From the IMG/VR virus record IMGVR_UViG_3300046167_000685, positions 1-58,588 of that record: DNA of 58,588 nt. One strand, given 5' to 3'. The notes under the pieces are model-generated. The model made no database searches and had not been told where the DNA came from. It worked only from the letters and a program-made list of their open reading frames with translations. This DNA comes from a virus. Its lineage: Duplodnaviria; Caudoviricetes. Positions within the stretch are counted from its first letter, which is position 1; each line of letters starts with the position of its first letter. The translations under genes and the position numbers were made by a program. Of the stretch, positions 47,378-55,030 are shown piece after piece.

Positions 47378-49232
47378 GTGGGTGCCGCCCGCGGAACTGC
47401 CAGACATCTTCGACGCCAAGCAGATTGCTATCGACGTTGAGACCAGAGACCCCAACATCAAGTCCAACGGTCCCGGCTGGCCGACCGGGGACGGGGAGGT
47501 GGTCGGCTATGCTATAGCAGTGGACGGCTGGTCCGGTTACATACCCACTCGCCATGAGCATGGCGGCAACCTAGACGAGCGCATCGTCAGCAAGTGGCTC
47601 AAGAAAGTGTTTGAGTCCCCTGCCGACAAGATCATGCACAACGCACAGTATGATGCGGGGTGGATACGGCGCATGGGCTTTACCATCAACGGGCGCATCA
47701 TCGACACGATGCTGGTAGCTGCCCTGCTAGATGAGAACCGGTTCAGCTACAGCCTCAACGCCCTGTCCTACGATCTGCTCAAGAAAGTAAAACAGGAAAA
47801 GACACTACAAGAAGCAGCTCGTGAGTTTGGTCTAGACCCAAAAGCAGAGATGTGGAAGATGCCCGCCATGTATGTCGGGCCATATGCAGAGGCCGACGCG
47901 GAACTAACGCTAGAGCTTTGGGGCTATCTTTCGGCTCAGCTAACAAAAGAAGAGCTCTGGCCGATAGCTGATCTGGAGCTCAAGCTTCTACCGTGTCTGG
48001 TGGACATGACATGGCGCGGCGTCCGCGTGGACCAAGACCGTGTAGAGCGCACCCGCAACCACTTGATCAAGGAAGAAAAGGCCACGCTTGCCAAGATTAA
48101 AAACGTAGCCGGTCAGGATGTAGAGCTTTGGGCCGCAGCATCAATAGCGAAAGCCTTCGACAAGCTTAGCATCTCATACCCACGCACTGAGAAGAACGCA
48201 CCGTCCTTCACCAAGTCGTTTCTAGCGGACCACCCGCACGAGCTCGCACAGCTAATCGTCCGGGCCCGCAACCTAAATAAAACAAGCGGCACATTCATTA
48301 ACACCATTATGAAGCACTGCCGCGCAGACGGACGCATCCACGGGCACATCAACCAGATCAGATCGGATGACGGCGGCACCGTATCGGGCCGCATATCTAT
48401 GTCCAACCCCAACCTGCAACAAATCCCGGCCCGCGACCCTGAGCTCGGCCCTATGATCCGCAGTCTGTTTCTACCGGAAGAGGGCGAGCAATGGGCGGCG
48501 ATTGACTTCTCGCAACAGGAACCGCGGATCTTGGTCCACTACGCCTATGTGTATGGCCGGTCCCGCGGCGCACAGATGGCAGGAGTCGAGGAGTTCGTCA
48601 CCGCTTACCGAGAAGACCCGGACATGGATTTTCACACCATGGTGGCAGAGATGGCTAACATCCCGCGTAAGCAGGCCAAAACAATAAATCTGGGAATGAT
48701 GTACGGCATGGGCGTCAACAAGCTATCCGACCAGCTCGACATCGAGGTAGATGAAGCCAAAGCGCTAGTCAGCCAGTACCACGACCGCGTCCCCTTCGTT
48801 AAAGGATTAATGAACGGCGTGATGAACAGCCTCAATAGCAGGAGCTCAAGCGGCTCTGTGCGCTCTATCTTAGGCCGCAAATGTCGGTTTGAGCTCTGGG
48901 AACCAGCTACTTTTGCCATGCACAAAGCCCTACCATACAAAGATGCGCTCAAAGAGTATGGAGAAACTACTCGGCTAAAAAGAGCATATACCTACAAAGC
49001 CCTTAACAGGCTCATACAAGCGTCAGCAGCAGACATGACTAAACAGGCCATGGTGAATATTTATGAACAAGGACGCCTGCCTCTGGTGCAAATCCACGAT
49101 GAAATCGCCATGTCTGTGAAAAATCGTGAAGATGCAAATACTGTTGCTGAAATAATGGAAAATGCTGTACCGTTGGAGGTGCCAAGCAAATGCGATGTTG
49201 AGATCGGCCCAAGCTGGGGCGAAGCAAGCTGA
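47340..49232 (+). CDS. polA: DNA polymerase family A with 3'-5' exonuclease
   Basis: DVET, HNAQYD exonuclease motifs; GRISMSNPNLQQIP, DFSQQEPR, KTINLGMMYG, IHDE. Confidence 0.95.
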   Translation: MALQMAMFAPKSEWVPPAELPDIFDAKQIAIDVETRDPNIKSNGPGWPTGDGEVVGYAIAVDGWSGYIPTRHEHGGNLDERIVSKWLKKVFESPADKIMHNAQYDAGWIRRMGFTINGRIIDTMLVAALLDENRFSYSLNALSYDLLKKVKQEKTLQEAAREFGLDPKAEMWKMPAMYVGPYAEADAELTLELWGYLSAQLTKEELWPIADLELKLLPCLVDMTWRGVRVDQDRVERTRNHLIKEEKATLAKIKNVAGQDVELWAAASIAKAFDKLSISYPRTEKNAPSFTKSFLADHPHELAQLIVRARNLNKTSGTFINTIMKHCRADGRIHGHINQIRSDDGGTVSGRISMSNPNLQQIPARDPELGPMIRSLFLPEEGEQWAAIDFSQQEPRILVHYAYVYGRSRGAQMAGVEEFVTAYREDPDMDFHTMVAEMANIPRKQAKTINLGMMYGMGVNKLSDQLDIEVDEAKALVSQYHDRVPFVKGLMNGVMNSLNSRSSSGSVRSILGRKCRFELWEPATFAMHKALPYKDALKEYGETTRLKRAYTYKALNRLIQASAADMTKQAMVNIYEQGRLPLVQIHDEIAMSVKNREDANTVAEIMENAVPLEVPSKCDVEIGPSWGEAS

Positions 49233-49290
49233 GCTTTTTCATGGTTTTCCTCCCTAAACTGGCCCTGAGCTCCGCTTGGGGCCCTTTTTC
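49233..49290 (+). ncRNA. polA 3' UTR with terminator; candidate antisense RNA to the SNF2 helicase start
   Basis: ctttttcatggttttcctcc (49234-49253) mirrors 41868-41886, followed by hairpin 49261-49283 and a T-run. Confidence 0.45.
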
Positions 49291-49339
49291 TCTTGTATCT
49301 CTGCCACTTGTCCTATATATTCCCTTACAGGAGGTGTAA

Positions 49340-49480
49340 ATGGATACATCTAAATGGAAATCTGTGCTTGTACCGATTGAGGTATACGAACAGATTCGCA
49401 AGATAGCTCGCCAAGAAGGACGGACCATTAGTGGTCAGCTCCGGATCATGTGGGATATCTACAGAAAACACCAATCCTGA
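49340..49480 (+). CDS. Ribbon-helix-helix-like regulator (46 aa, not in ORF track)
   Basis: MDTSKWKSVLVPIEVYEQIRKIARQEGRTISGQLRIMWDIYRKHQS; RBS AGGAGG; promoter-like TTGTAT...TATATT upstream. Confidence 0.7.
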   Translation: MDTSKWKSVLVPIEVYEQIRKIARQEGRTISGQLRIMWDIYRKHQS

Positions 49481-49571
49481 CGGCTGAATAACGAGTGTCA
49501 ATTCAGTTGACATCTTTTTTTAGCTATAGTATGGGATAAGTTCTATTTAATCGTATAGCGAGGGTTTACTA

Positions 49572-49811
49572 ATGCTAAGAAATCTACTCAAAATATTGTT
49601 TCCGAGCTTCTTTGAGGAGCCGGAAAGAGCGCGAGACAAGAAAGGCCGGTTGATGGGCGACGATGCGTCCACACCAACTTTCAACGAAGCATGGGTCGGG
49701 GGCAAAGCCCCGGTACAACAGAAAGCCCCACCGAAAAAGCGGGGCAGGCCGGTAGGAAGCAAGAATAAACCGGCAGCTAAAAAGAGAGGGCGTCCGAAAA
49801 AAAATGCTTGA
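49572..49811 (+). CDS. Small protein with two AT-hook-like motifs
   Basis: RARDKKGRLMGDDASTPTFNEAW; KKRGRP twice. Confidence 0.7.
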   Translation: MLRNLLKILFPSFFEEPERARDKKGRLMGDDASTPTFNEAWVGGKAPVQQKAPPKKRGRPVGSKNKPAAKKRGRPKKNA

Positions 49812-50232
49812 TGCTACTTTAGTGTGTTTGGCTACAGCTATTTATTTTGAGTCCAGAGGCGAACCATTCGTCGGACAGTCCGCTGTAGCCCACGTTGTGC
49901 TAAACCGGGTCGAAGATACCCGGTTCCCCAACGACATCTGTTCTGTAGTGAAGCAGGGCCCCACATATGCGTGGAAACCCGACTTCCCTGTCCGCAACAT
50001 GTGCCAGTTTAGCTACTACTGCGATGGCAAGTCTGACCAGCCAACCGATGAACAGGCATGGCAGACCGCGGTCCTCGCGGCTTTTGGAGCTGTGTCTGGC
50101 CGTACATATGATCCCACTGAAGGCGCAACTCACTACCATGCCGATTATGTCAATCCCGCATGGGCTGAAGTTAAATACAAAACCGTCCGGATCAATGACC
50201 ACATATTTTATAAATGGGAAGGAGACAGATGA
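49804..50232 (+). CDS. Cell wall hydrolase (SleB/Hydrolase_2 family)
   Basis: CLATAIYFESRGE...AVAHVVLNRV...CQFSY...GATHYHA. Confidence 0.9.
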   Translation: MLDATLVCLATAIYFESRGEPFVGQSAVAHVVLNRVEDTRFPNDICSVVKQGPTYAWKPDFPVRNMCQFSYYCDGKSDQPTDEQAWQTAVLAAFGAVSGRTYDPTEGATHYHADYVNPAWAEVKYKTVRINDHIFYKWEGDR

Positions 50233-50390
50233 AACCTTGTCCAGAATGTGGCGGTAAGGGAGAATGTGAATATGAAGTCGCCGTATCTGCACCAATGGCG
50301 TGGAGCGGCGGCTGGCTCGAAGGACGCATTATGGAATGCCAACTGTGTGAAGGAACAGGAGAAGTAGATGAGGATGAGGCCGAAGAATAG
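50229..50390 (+). CDS. Stand-alone DnaJ-type zinc finger (53 aa, not in ORF track)
   Basis: CPECGGKG ... CQLCEGTG. Confidence 0.7.
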   Translation: MKPCPECGGKGECEYEVAVSAPMAWSGGWLEGRIMECQLCEGTGEVDEDEAEE

Positions 50391-50559
50391 AGAGCTTCAG
50401 TACCCTACCATCGGGGATCCGGGCGTGATCCAAAAACGGCTGGACGCAGGCCGCTGCCCAAAGTGCGATACCCAGCTCAAAGAGCCCACGCGCTGCGGCT
50501 CTTGTAAACTGCAACTTCCCGAAAACTTAGCTCCTAAAAAGTCCTTGTCTTTCCCATAA
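50368..50559 (+). CDS. Small zinc-ribbon protein
   Basis: CPKC...CGSC. Confidence 0.6.
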   Translation: MRMRPKNRELQYPTIGDPGVIQKRLDAGRCPKCDTQLKEPTRCGSCKLQLPENLAPKKSLSFP

Positions 50560-50576
50560 GATCGCGTATGTTGGGA

Positions 50577-50626
50577 TCGTTCCCGTAGTTGGGCCCCGGA
50601 GAGAAATCTCCGGGGCTTTTCTTTTT
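50577..50626 (+). ncRNA. Candidate trans-acting sRNA (anti-RBS seed plus terminator)
   Basis: Promoter-like TTGTCT-16 nt-TATGTT upstream; seed TCGTTCCCGTAGTTG; 10-bp stem with GAAA loop (50593-50616); T-run. Confidence 0.55.
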
Positions 50627-50629
50627 GTG

Positions 50630-50658
50630 TTGACTATGTATGCGATAAGTCTTATATA
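50630..50658 (+). promoter_or_regulatory. Sigma70-type promoter with operator-like palindrome
   Basis: TTGACT-17 nt-TATATA-CAGG, same hexamers as the 41887 promoter; TATGCGATAAGTCTTATA at 50639-50656. Confidence 0.7.
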
Positions 50659-50686
50659 CAGGTTACACCAACTAGGGAGAACTTAA

Positions 50687-51541
50687 ATGCCGACACTCCG
50701 GGAAATGTCAGACGCCGCGGAAGCGCGGGGGCATAAAACATTCAACACCGGCAAGCCGTGCGTCAGGGGCCATACTTGTGACAGATATGTCGGGGTGCCG
50801 TTTGGTTGCAAAGAGTGCGTCAGGGAAAACAAGTACGAGCGAATAAACCCGGACAGCCCAAGAGGCATTGCTAAGGCCAAAGGTTTAAAGCGATACCGCG
50901 ACGGCAAGCCCTGTAAAAAGAAAGGGCATATCGCGGAGCGCTTCACCATGAGCGCACGATGCTGCGAGTGCGAAGCAGAACGTCAGCGCAGCCCAGAGGC
51001 AAAAGCCTACCGTGAAAAGTGGCGGCAGGAAAACAAAGAGCACTCTCAGAAATGGGCGAGAGACAGGTATCAAAACCCGGATTCCCCGCACCGGGAGGAA
51101 TACCTGCGGCGCAAAAGGCAGCATAGCCGGGACAACATCGAATACTACAAGCGGAAAGACAAGGAACGCCGCGACAGCTTTACGGAACAAGACAAGGAAA
51201 GAAACAAGCGCAACGCTCGGAGGTGGGCTAATCAAAACAAGGAACGTGTGTCTGCTTATGGGCGCTTGAGCCATAACAAACGTAAACGGGCAAAGCTCAA
51301 AGGGGCAAGCTGGGATTCTTTTGTGCCAATTTACGAGAAGCGTGAGCGCCTAACGAGAGAAACCGGCGTTAAGCACCACGTTGATCATTATTACCCGCTA
51401 ACTCACGACAGAGTGTGCGGGCTGCACGTGCCTTGGAACCTGCAAGTAATTACCGCTGCGGAAAACTTGGCTAAAGGCAACAAGATGCCCGAAGAGTTTT
51501 ACGGGCCTGACCACCAACTAGGGAGAGACCACAATGCGTAA
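50687..51541 (+). CDS. HNH endonuclease
   Basis: HHVDHYYPL...[23 protein letters not shown]; two GKPC..GH..R..C.EC repeats; flanked by a 15-bp direct repeat. Confidence 0.85.
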   Translation: MPTLREMSDAAEARGHKTFNTGKPCVRGHTCDRYVGVPFGCKECVRENKYERINPDSPRGIAKAKGLKRYRDGKPCKKKGHIAERFTMSARCCECEAERQRSPEAKAYREKWRQENKEHSQKWARDRYQNPDSPHREEYLRRKRQHSRDNIEYYKRKDKERRDSFTEQDKERNKRNARRWANQNKERVSAYGRLSHNKRKRAKLKGASWDSFVPIYEKRERLTRETGVKHHVDHYYPLTHDRVCGLHVPWNLQVITAAENLAKGNKMPEEFYGPDHQLGRDHNA

Positions 51542-51719
51542 GAAAGAAGAGCTGTTCGATATCGTCCGCGGCATGGAGTATACTGATGCCGTGGCCGCAG
51601 TCTCCAGCGCAATCAACGCGCAAACGTCCACCATTGCAGCCAAGGGTGATTATAGCCGTGAGGCCGTCGAAACAGCAGAAAACCTGCTTGCGGCGTGGTT
51701 AAGGGTACAACGCGGATGA
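51534..51719 (+). CDS. Hypothetical protein
   Basis: 61 aa; CAACTAGGGAG leader. Confidence 0.65.
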   Translation: MRKKEELFDIVRGMEYTDAVAAVSSAINAQTSTIAAKGDYSREAVETAENLLAAWLRVQRG

Positions 51720-51961
51720 GCGACGATCTCGAAAAGCAGTTCGACTATGCAGGCGACGAAATGAACGCCCTGCTCGATCAACTAGAAACCGACGGGTTTG
51801 ATACCGGCGCGGTACTGGGCGGAGCTCTTACAGCTCTTCTGTTCCGGCTCGTAGTCGCAAGCCCCAACGGCAGCACCGCAATCGGTATGCTGTCTTCAGC
51901 CATGCACCAAGCAGCAACCATTGCCCGTGCATATGACGAGGAAGAGGAGACCAAACATTGA
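51716..51961 (+). CDS. Hypothetical protein
   Basis: ATG overlaps the previous stop (ATGA). Confidence 0.6.
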   Translation: MSDDLEKQFDYAGDEMNALLDQLETDGFDTGAVLGGALTALLFRLVVASPNGSTAIGMLSSAMHQAATIARAYDEEEETKH

Positions 51962-52227
51962 CTAATTTTACTTTGAGCGAAGAGGCGCGGCGCGAGTTGT
52001 TGCAGTCTTACAACGAACTGCGTACGGCTATGTCAAACATTTGGGAATGCCAAGACCTGTGGATGTCTGACATTACCAACCTCGAAAAGTTGGTGAACCG
52101 GATGCAAAGGCACTTGGACTTTGCTCAACCAACAGAAGGCCACGCATATATGAATTATGTGCTGGCAGAAGATAACAAGCCCGCACCCAAAAAACGTGGA
52201 CGGCCCGCAAAGGGAGCAAAAAAATGA
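51958..52227 (+). CDS. Hypothetical protein with AT-hook-like tail
   Basis: TTG start with GAGGAG RBS; PKKRGRP. Confidence 0.6.
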   Translation: MTNFTLSEEARRELLQSYNELRTAMSNIWECQDLWMSDITNLEKLVNRMQRHLDFAQPTEGHAYMNYVLAEDNKPAPKKRGRPAKGAKK

Positions 52228-52409
52228 CAAAGCTTAATGAACATCAAGCAGCAGCCGCGCTGCTGAACCAAGCTATCCACGCCGTCAACGATTTGTGGCT
52301 GGAAGCAGATGGCGACGATAAGCCCTTCTTAGATCAAGCAATCAGCAAGCTGCACGAAGCGCAGTCCCTAATGCTGAAAGCGCGGTTGCGAGTTGACAGC
52401 CCAAAATAA
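52224..52409 (+). CDS. Hypothetical protein
   Basis: 61 aa; GGGAG RBS. Confidence 0.6.
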   Translation: MTKLNEHQAAAALLNQAIHAVNDLWLEADGDDKPFLDQAISKLHEAQSLMLKARLRVDSPK

Positions 52410-52454
52410 AGGTCTTAGTTTTTCCCATATCAACTACATAAAGGGAGAAAGCTG

Positions 52455-52682
52455 ATGGCTAAATTTTACCACTGGCAGGGAGAAGGGTCCGACGGCAACG
52501 TCTACGAAGGCGAATATAAGTTCACTGCAAAAGAAGCAAAGAACGATGCAATCAAACACGGGATGCCTCAACCAGACGGGTTCACCATCTTTGAGACAAA
52601 GGTTACCGACACGGCAACCACGCTCCGTAATCTCTTAAACCAAGAGATGAAAATAATCGGAGAAGTAAAGCCGGTGGGATAA
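52455..52682 (+). CDS. Hypothetical protein (own promoter and terminator)
   Basis: TTGACA-17 nt-TAGTTT upstream; GGGAG RBS. Confidence 0.65.
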   Translation: MAKFYHWQGEGSDGNVYEGEYKFTAKEAKNDAIKHGMPQPDGFTIFETKVTDTATTLRNLLNQEMKIIGEVKPVG

Positions 52683-52712
52683 CTCCCATCCTGGACCTAA
52701 CTTTTGAAAACG

Positions 52713-52747
52713 TAAGGGGTGCGGCACGATGTCGCACCCCTTATTTT
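52713..52747 (+). terminator. Intrinsic terminator
   Basis: taaggggtgcggca-cga-tgtcgcacccctta followed by tttt. Confidence 0.75.
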
Positions 52748-52876
52748 GTCGTGTATAGTATAAGATAAGTCGCATATGGGACATCTCTTTTAACTCATTG
52801 ATTTATAATATAAAGATAAGAAGAGCGCAAAAGCGCCCACGCTATTTGAAACCGTCAACAACTACGGGAGGTCAGT

Positions 52877-53185
52877 ATGACTGACACCAACGCCGCATCT
52901 GTCTGGGTCGTCGAGAGCAAGCTGCTCGAAACCGCCGATAAGGAATACGAGTGGGGGGACTGCATGTCCTTTACCTCGATCCTTATCGACGAGTGTAACG
53001 GCCATCGGTTAGACGAGGTCGAAGACAACACCTTCGATCTAGGTTACGTACGCGCCGTGGAATACGCTTCCCGAATGGGTAGGATGTATGCCGCAACTCA
53101 ATACTTTAGGGTTACCCTTAAAGACAGCCGTTTCGATAACGTCGGAAAAGAGTTCGTCTTCAAGGGGACAAGCCAAAGGACCTGA
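52877..53185 (+). CDS. Hypothetical protein
   Basis: 102 aa; CAACTACGGGAGG leader. Confidence 0.65.
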   Translation: MTDTNAASVWVVESKLLETADKEYEWGDCMSFTSILIDECNGHRLDEVEDNTFDLGYVRAVEYASRMGRMYAATQYFRVTLKDSRFDNVGKEFVFKGTSQRT

Positions 53186-53211
53186 GAAGCATAAACCGCG
53201 GCTCACGGATC

Positions 53212-53239
53212 AGGGCTCCGCTTCGGCGGGGCCCTTTTT
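53212..53239 (+). terminator. Intrinsic terminator
   Basis: agggctccgc-TTCG-gcggggccct followed by a T-run. Confidence 0.85.
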
Positions 53240-53478
53240 GTTACTGTTACCTATATAGGGAGAAAATTAAAAAAAATAAAAAACACAAAAAATATGCGGT
53301 AACATCGGTAACAAAAGTAACAGTACTCTGTAATCGTTACTCACTAAGGATTACAGAAGTATAGGAGTGTTACTTTTTGTGTTACTTATTTGAAACCAAA
53401 AAAGTAACAGAGGAAATGACCTTAAAGGGGGGTTCGCGGGATTTTTTTTAAAAATATTTTTTGCTCTATATAAGTAAC
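53240..53478. repeat. AT-rich region with GTAAC/GTTAC iterons (candidate replication origin or packaging site)
   Basis: 10 GTAAC/GTTAC copies, three at 9-bp spacing (53299, 53308, 53317); long A-tracts; non-coding. Confidence 0.55.
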
Positions 53479-53522
53479 CTCTGTAAAAAGGATGGGAGTT
53501 GACCTTTTTAACTGAGGAAACG

Positions 53523-54155
53523 ATGGCGGCAAGAAAGAGAGCGTCGAAGCTTACTGGCAAACCCATGGAGACCCGGGGCCGTCCCCCGGTGACAGCACAA
53601 TCGGCTTTGACCCGAAAGCAGGAGCTTTTTGTCAAAGAGCTGGTCAGTAAGGACGGTCAGATAACTTTGAGAGAAGCAGCGGTCAACGCGGGTTACTCTG
53701 TTGGTTCCGCGCACACCCGAGCCTATGAGCTCACCAATCCACACATCTCGCCGCATGTTGTCGCTGCTATACAGGCTTATCGCAGAGAGCTAGATGAAAA
53801 GTATGGTGTGACCTACCAACGTCATCTACGGGACCTTCAACAGATACGGGACACTGCTTTGCAAAACGGGGCTTACTCTGCTGCCGTTCAGGCGGAATAT
53901 CGGCGAGGTCAGGCACAAGGGGACATTTATGTTAGCAAATCCGAGATTCGTCACGGCTCGATAGACAGCATGAGCAAGGACGAGGTTTTGAAAGCCCTCG
54001 AGGAGATTAAGAATAGTTATGCCCCGGTCACCATCAACATCACCCCAGAAGATGAAAATGCCTCCAATCGCGACAAAGCGAGAGGCAGGCTTTTACAAGC
54101 AAGTGAAGGAAGCAGCGCAGAGGTCGAGACGGAAGCTGCTTTTGACGAGGATTGA
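53523..54155 (+). CDS. terS: Terminase small subunit
   Basis: LTRKQELFVKEL...EAAVNAGYS...AYEL; GAYSAAVQAE; RBS GAGG before ATG 53523. Confidence 0.75.
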   Translation: MAARKRASKLTGKPMETRGRPPVTAQSALTRKQELFVKELVSKDGQITLREAAVNAGYSVGSAHTRAYELTNPHISPHVVAAIQAYRRELDEKYGVTYQRHLRDLQQIRDTALQNGAYSAAVQAEYRRGQAQGDIYVSKSEIRHGSIDSMSKDEVLKALEEIKNSYAPVTINITPEDENASNRDKARGRLLQASEGSSAEVETEAAFDED

Positions 54156-54480
54156 AAATTACATTGGGGCCGGGATTCCTGACCTGATGATATGTGATGA
54201 GGTCGGTGACTTTCATCTGGTCGAGCTCAAGTACATTACCGGCAACGCGGTAACACTCCGTCCGTCACAAGTGGCGTGGCTATCTCGTCACCAGCACTCT
54301 AGCTGCTGGGTTCTGATTAAGCGACAGACCAAGGCTACTGAACCGTCTGAATGCCTCTTGTATCCGGCAGCGGCCGCGGTCGATCTGAAGATGGACGGCA
54401 TCGAGAAGGTTGAGCCCTTGTTACGTTGTCAACAGCCTTTTCACTGGGACACAATATTTGACTTGATTTGTCCGCAATAA
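54058..54480 (+). CDS. PD-(D/E)XK nuclease (VRR-NUC/Holliday junction resolvase-like)
   Basis: RIEN...GIPDL...VELK...LRPSQVAW. Confidence 0.75.
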   Translation: MPPIATKREAGFYKQVKEAAQRSRRKLLLTRIENYIGAGIPDLMICDEVGDFHLVELKYITGNAVTLRPSQVAWLSRHQHSSCWVLIKRQTKATEPSECLLYPAAAAVDLKMDGIEKVEPLLRCQQPFHWDTIFDLICPQ

Positions 54481-54521
54481 TCCCATATATCAGGGAGACA
54501 ACTTCAACACGGGAGATTGCG

Positions 54522-54818
54522 ATGAAAAAACAAGTTTTATATGCCGGTGATCAGATGAGACTTGGCAACACCATTAAAGCGCTGGCGGATATGATTCATA
54601 TGTTTGAAGTGTTCGATCAGAACGTCCAAGGTAAAGGGGAGTTTTCTGGTGTGGGTGTTTTGGCTCCGATGAAAATTCATAATCACCCGGATAACCCCGA
54701 GTATAACCCGAATGCCGCCACCCACATGAACGAAGAAAGCGACTTTGACAAAATCGAGCGGATGCAAAAAATAGTCCGGGTTATTGGTGACATTCGTGAA
54801 AAGTGGGTGACTACCTGA
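54522..54818 (+). CDS. Hypothetical protein
   Basis: Promoter TTGATT-17 nt-TATATC (54463-54491) and CAACACGGGAG leader place the start at 54522. Confidence 0.65.
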   Translation: MKKQVLYAGDQMRLGNTIKALADMIHMFEVFDQNVQGKGEFSGVGVLAPMKIHNHPDNPEYNPNAATHMNEESDFDKIERMQKIVRVIGDIREKWVTT

Positions 54819-54946
54819 TGTTTTTGTTCCGCTTGATCGGCAAGCTTCTTTATGGTGACGACTTCGACAAATATTCGGGGAACCAGACAAGTCAGAAATA
54901 CATTTCAAAAGATCGTCGCATGAAACCCCGACGACGCCGCAAATAA
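54818..54946 (+). CDS. Small basic protein (42 aa, not in ORF track)
   Basis: TGATG coupling; MFLFRLIGKLLYGDDF...KPRRRRK. Confidence 0.55.
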   Translation: MFLFRLIGKLLYGDDFDKYSGNQTSQKYISKDRRMKPRRRRK

Positions 54947-54951
54947 AAAAG

Positions 54952-54979
54952 AAGGCCCGCCATATTGACGGGCCTTTTT
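54952..54979 (+). terminator. Intrinsic terminator overlapping the next -35 element
   Basis: aaggcccg...cgggcctt plus T-run; contains TTGACG. Confidence 0.7.
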
Positions 54980-55030
54980 GTTTTCTATATATGTGGGATA
55001 AATCGCATATAACTACGGGAGCAATTAACC

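Noticed and set aside
47340-49232. HMO-2011-type DnaJ insertion or intein in PolA
   Set aside because: 630 aa with no CxxCxGxG repeats or intein motifs
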